A DNA stretch of 10,709 nt from Octopus sinensis. Taxonomy: Eukaryota. Under the pieces are notes generated by a model. That model searched no databases. It had not been told where the DNA came from and saw only the letters and a program-made list of their open reading frames with translations. Shown here one piece after another: positions 7,518-10,709 of this stretch. The stretch lies in contig NW_021827166.1 of assembly GCF_006345805.1 (NCBI RefSeq), positions 1 to 10,709 of the forward strand. Reading direction: 5' to 3'. A program made the translations under genes and the position numbers. The first letter of the stretch is position 1, and each line of letters opens with the position of its first letter.

Positions 7518-8524
7518 ATCGACAAAAAATTTGACAGCCTGCTGTTATCAGTTACATATACAAAAAAGCTTTAGCTTCAAGGACATTCATACTATTGTGG
7601 CTGCTACATTAGGAGTTGGCGCTCTAGTTTTATCAACATTGCAAAAATGGGCAGCAGAGTTTAGGTGGGGAAGGTAAAGTCTTGAAAATATCTCAAGGCC
7701 TAGACATCGTGCAAATGTCACCACTGACGAAAACATTGACTGTGTTCACCACATGGTGAACACAATATATACATAAAAACAAATAGCCAATGCTATTAGC
7801 GTATCCCATGTTCTGCACAATAAACCTGGCACGACGAAGGGTTCTGTTCGGTGGTTGCCACGTCTTCTGACCCCTGGGCAAAAACGCACTAGGATGACCA
7901 CATCACACTGTTTGAGGTAGATCCAGCTGGTTTCCACGAAAGTTTCCGAAGCCAGGATGAGTGTTGGCTTTATGACTTTGAGCCAGAGGCAAAGAGACAA
8001 TCCATGCAATGGGAACACCACTCCTCACCTATTCCAAAGAAGGCCAAGGTCGTTTCATCTGCAGAGAAGGTGATGGTCTCAGTTTCTTGGGAGTGTTTAT
8101 TGACTATCTTCAAAAGAGCCACACCATCAATGGAGTGTACTATGTCAACTTGCTGAGGCAGTTATGAAAGGCTGTCAAGACCAGACACTCAGGAAAACTG
8201 GCGAAAGGAATTTTGTTTCATCGGGACAATGTTCAAGCGTACATAAGTTCTTGGTTTAAATGGCTACTGCGCGTGACTGTGGCTTTGAACTGGGTGATCA
8301 TCCTCCCTAATTCTGCTTTGGTCCCATCTGACTATCATCTATTCTCCAACATGAAAAAAACACATGGCTTCGAACCAGTATCGCAGTGATAGAGACCTCA
8401 TATCTGCTGTTGATGAGATTTCTTTGCCCAACAGGATAAAAGCTTATTCACCAATGAGTTACAAGCAGTGCGACACAAATGGAATAAGTGTGTGGGTTGC
8501 AGGGAGGACAATGTTGAAAAATAA
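7518..8524 (+). pseudogene. Mariner (Tc1/mariner, DD34D-type) transposase pseudogene
   Basis: Fragments across frameshifts: ATLGVGALVLSTLQKWAAEFRWGR*SLE (HTH), VTTDENIDCVHHMV, RWLPRLLTPGQKR (WVPxxL motif), QDECWLYDFEPEAKRQSMQW...KVMVSVSW (D1), ILFHRDNVQAY (D2), DHPP*..LVPSDYHLFSNMKK (YSPDLAPSD-like, D3), WNKCVGCREDNVEK* (TAA 8522-8524). The start codon appears decayed to ATC. Confidence 0.93.
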
Positions 8525-8590
8525 ACCTCATTTGGTTACATTCCATGAGAGCATCTTAGTCAGCCCATGAACTTTCAGCCGATTCTCCTT
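8525..8590 (+). mobile_element. Mariner 3' end with a decayed right TIR
   Basis: GAACTTTCAGCCGATTCTC resembles the reverse complement of the MITE left TIR (GAACTTTTCAACGACCCCTCG). No left TIR was found upstream of 7518. Confidence 0.6.
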
Positions 8591-8601
8591 TACGTGTATT
8601 G

Positions 8602-8602
<1 letters not shown>

Positions 8603-8685
<83 letters not shown>
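8603..8685. repeat. (TG)n microsatellite
   Basis: Seen directly in the sequence; uninterrupted run. Confidence 0.98.
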
Positions 8686-8686
<1 letters not shown>

Positions 8687-8719
8687 GTCTTTTCTTTCTC
8701 CTTTCTCTCTCCTTTTCTA

Positions 8720-9157
8720 TTACTCTTACTCTTTTACTCTTTTACTTGTTTCAGTCATTTGACTGCGGCCATGCTGGAGCACCGCCTTTAGTCGAGCAAA
8801 TCGACCCCGGGACTTATTCTTTTTTGTAAGCCCAGTACTTATTCTATCGGTCTCTTTTTGCCGAACCGCTAAGTGACGGGGACGTAAACACACCAGCATC
8901 GGTTGTCAAGCAATGTCTAGGGGGACAAACCCAGACTCAAACATACACCAAATACATATATATACACATATATATATATATACATATTACGACAGGCTTC
9001 TTTCATTTTCCGTCTACCAAAATCCACTCATAAGGCATTGTTCGGCCCGGGGCTATAGCAGACCAGGAAGGCACTTGCCCAAGATCCACGCAGTGGGATG
9101 AACCCAGAACTATGTGGTTGGTAAGCAAGCTACTTACCACACAGCCACTCCTGCGCC
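8720..9157 (-). mobile_element. SINE family B, full length, minus strand
   Basis: Reverse complement begins GGCGCAGGAGTGGCTGTGTGGTAAGTAGCTTGCTTACCAACCAC and is collinear with 4659-5087 through to a GTAAAAGAGTAAAAGAGTAAGAGTA tail. Confidence 0.92.
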
Positions 9158-9742
9158 TATTTGTCATAATCTGTGTTTATTGTGTCATTTGCTTTCTTTC
9201 TGATCTGCACTCAAAACACTTATAAAATGCCTTGTGCCACCTACACATGCACGCATGCATATTAGTGTGTGCATGCATGAGTATATATACGCATAATAAG
9301 TCGTTGGGGGATTGGTTGCAGTAGCGGAATGATGTCTAGAAATATCGGTTGCCAGGGACTAAGGGGACCCACTCGCAACTACAATGCTATCATTTAATTT
9401 TTATAACGAATAAAGAAACTTTTCAAAAATACGTAAATAGAAACAAAAAAATGCAATTCAAATGTGTTTTTTTGGTGCACTGTTTTTTTTGTTGCGATTT
9501 TTGAAAATTTTTTTCATAATAGGAATCTCCATTGCCTAAAACGTGGGTTTCCATAAAAAAATTTTTTTAAAAAGGTGGGCGGAGAGAGGTTCCAGATTAC
9601 ATATACTCCAAGTGCGCCTATTTTTCAATAATTACAATGTACATGTATTGTGCATCTTACTGGCTGTATACAGTAATACCAATTGTAAATTCAGAATGAA
9701 TGTTTAAATAAATACTTGGTGAATATCATTTATAGTGTATGT

Positions 9743-9790
9743 TGTTATTTTCGACGTGTACTGTTATTTTGGACGTGTACTGTTATTTTG
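9743..9790. repeat. 19-bp tandem repeat, 2.5 copies (TGTTATTTT(C/G)GACGTGTAC)
   Basis: Units at 9743-9761 and 9762-9780, with a partial unit at 9781-9790. Confidence 0.9.
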
Positions 9791-10376
9791 AAAACGTTTA
9801 CCTAAACTAAAAATAAAGACAATAATCTATAAACTAATTTCATTATTTTAAATGAAGACATTTTACTGTCAATGAGATAATTTGCCTTCTCATGAAAATC
9901 ACAGAATCGTATTCAGAACCATGTCGTCATACATATACCACCATTTGGTTTGCTAGTTTGCTTTTACGAAGAGATTTGTTTCAAACAACCTGTTCATTTA
10001 TTGTTTTTAATTAAACGAACATATGCCAAGAATTCGGTCTCACCACACACTTCGATTGCTAAAAATAAAGAATAAATTTACATGGTTTTAATTTCTCCTA
10101 CATTTAATATTATACTTCCATCTAATATTCTTTTTTCTCTGCTCTTGCCATTATTTTTTTTATAAAACCCTTATAACATTTTCAAAATAGCAGCATACTA
10201 TGCTTTTGTGTAGGACATCCACAAAATGAGATAAGTGGACTGTTCCATTACGATAAATAAGTAAACAGACACGAGGTAGGCTGTTAAAAACAGTTCTTTT
10301 GTCGTTCAGTTTGCATTGGTTGGTACACACTGTTTTTTGGCTGTCCTGGTGGAGCGAAACGTTTTCTCCTTGTATA

Positions 10377-10709
10377 ATGGAGGGGCGTCGAGCGAGAAAT
10401 TGGGAACTGAGGTATTCTTCCCTAGAATGTGATTCGTCTGAGGAGAAATTAGTTGAATACTTAAACAAGATGGACAAAGAAATGGGGAGCTAGAAAAAAA
10501 AGTTGAAGAAATGAAAACTGGAAGAGCTGGTGAGTTCAAGGAACTGATTGATGGGAGGAGAACGATATGAAGGTGTCCCCCCCAATATTAAAGGACGGAA
10601 GAAAGAAGGATTGTATACATAACTTACGCCAGAGCAACAAGAAAAATTGAAGAGGTGTCGGAAGCACGGTGGAAAAGGCACTGAGGTCAGTCTGACAGGA
10701 GATAGCATA
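10377..10709 (+). pseudogene. Probable LINE ORF1 5' remnant (coiled-coil-like segment then start of an SGNH esterase-like domain), running off the window
   Basis: Purine-rich coding-like DNA: MEGRRARNWELRYSSLECDSSEEKLVEYLNKMDKEMGS*...GERYEGVPPNIKGRKKEGLYT*LTPEQQEKLKRCRKHGGKGTEVSLTGDSI. The final VxLxGDSI is in frame with ATG 10377 and matches the GDS block I of esterase-type ORF1s (CR1/L2/RTE-type). Support rests on a single short motif. Confidence 0.5.

Noticed and set aside
9743-9790. CRISPR-like array
   Set aside because: The units are directly adjacent with no spacers, and the context is eukaryotic with no cas genes.

Overview
AT-rich eukaryotic non-genic DNA made almost entirely of decayed mobile elements and microsatellites. 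The SINE types and the density of (CA)n/(TA)n/(TATC)n suggest a cephalopod (octopus-like) genome; this is an inference from recalled families, not a database result. No host gene exon is recognisable. In order: a minus-strand tRNA-head SINE (family A, 1-154); a minus-strand Penelope-like retroelement 3' half (GIY-YIG endonuclease plus a decayed minimal hammerhead ribozyme) split by a 2154-bp Chapaev3-type DDE transposon with TIRs and a TTA TSD (1036-3189); a 217-bp mariner MITE with TA TSD and a partial second copy; three copies of a second, CORE-like SINE (family B); a family A SINE with a 184-bp internal duplication and a 15-bp TSD; a mariner transposase pseudogene (7518-8524); and, at the right edge, a probable LINE ORF1 remnant ending in a GDS(I) esterase-like motif. 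I see no intact novel system. The most interesting signals are the nested insertion history, the hammerhead relic and a two-hairpin module shared by both SINE families.
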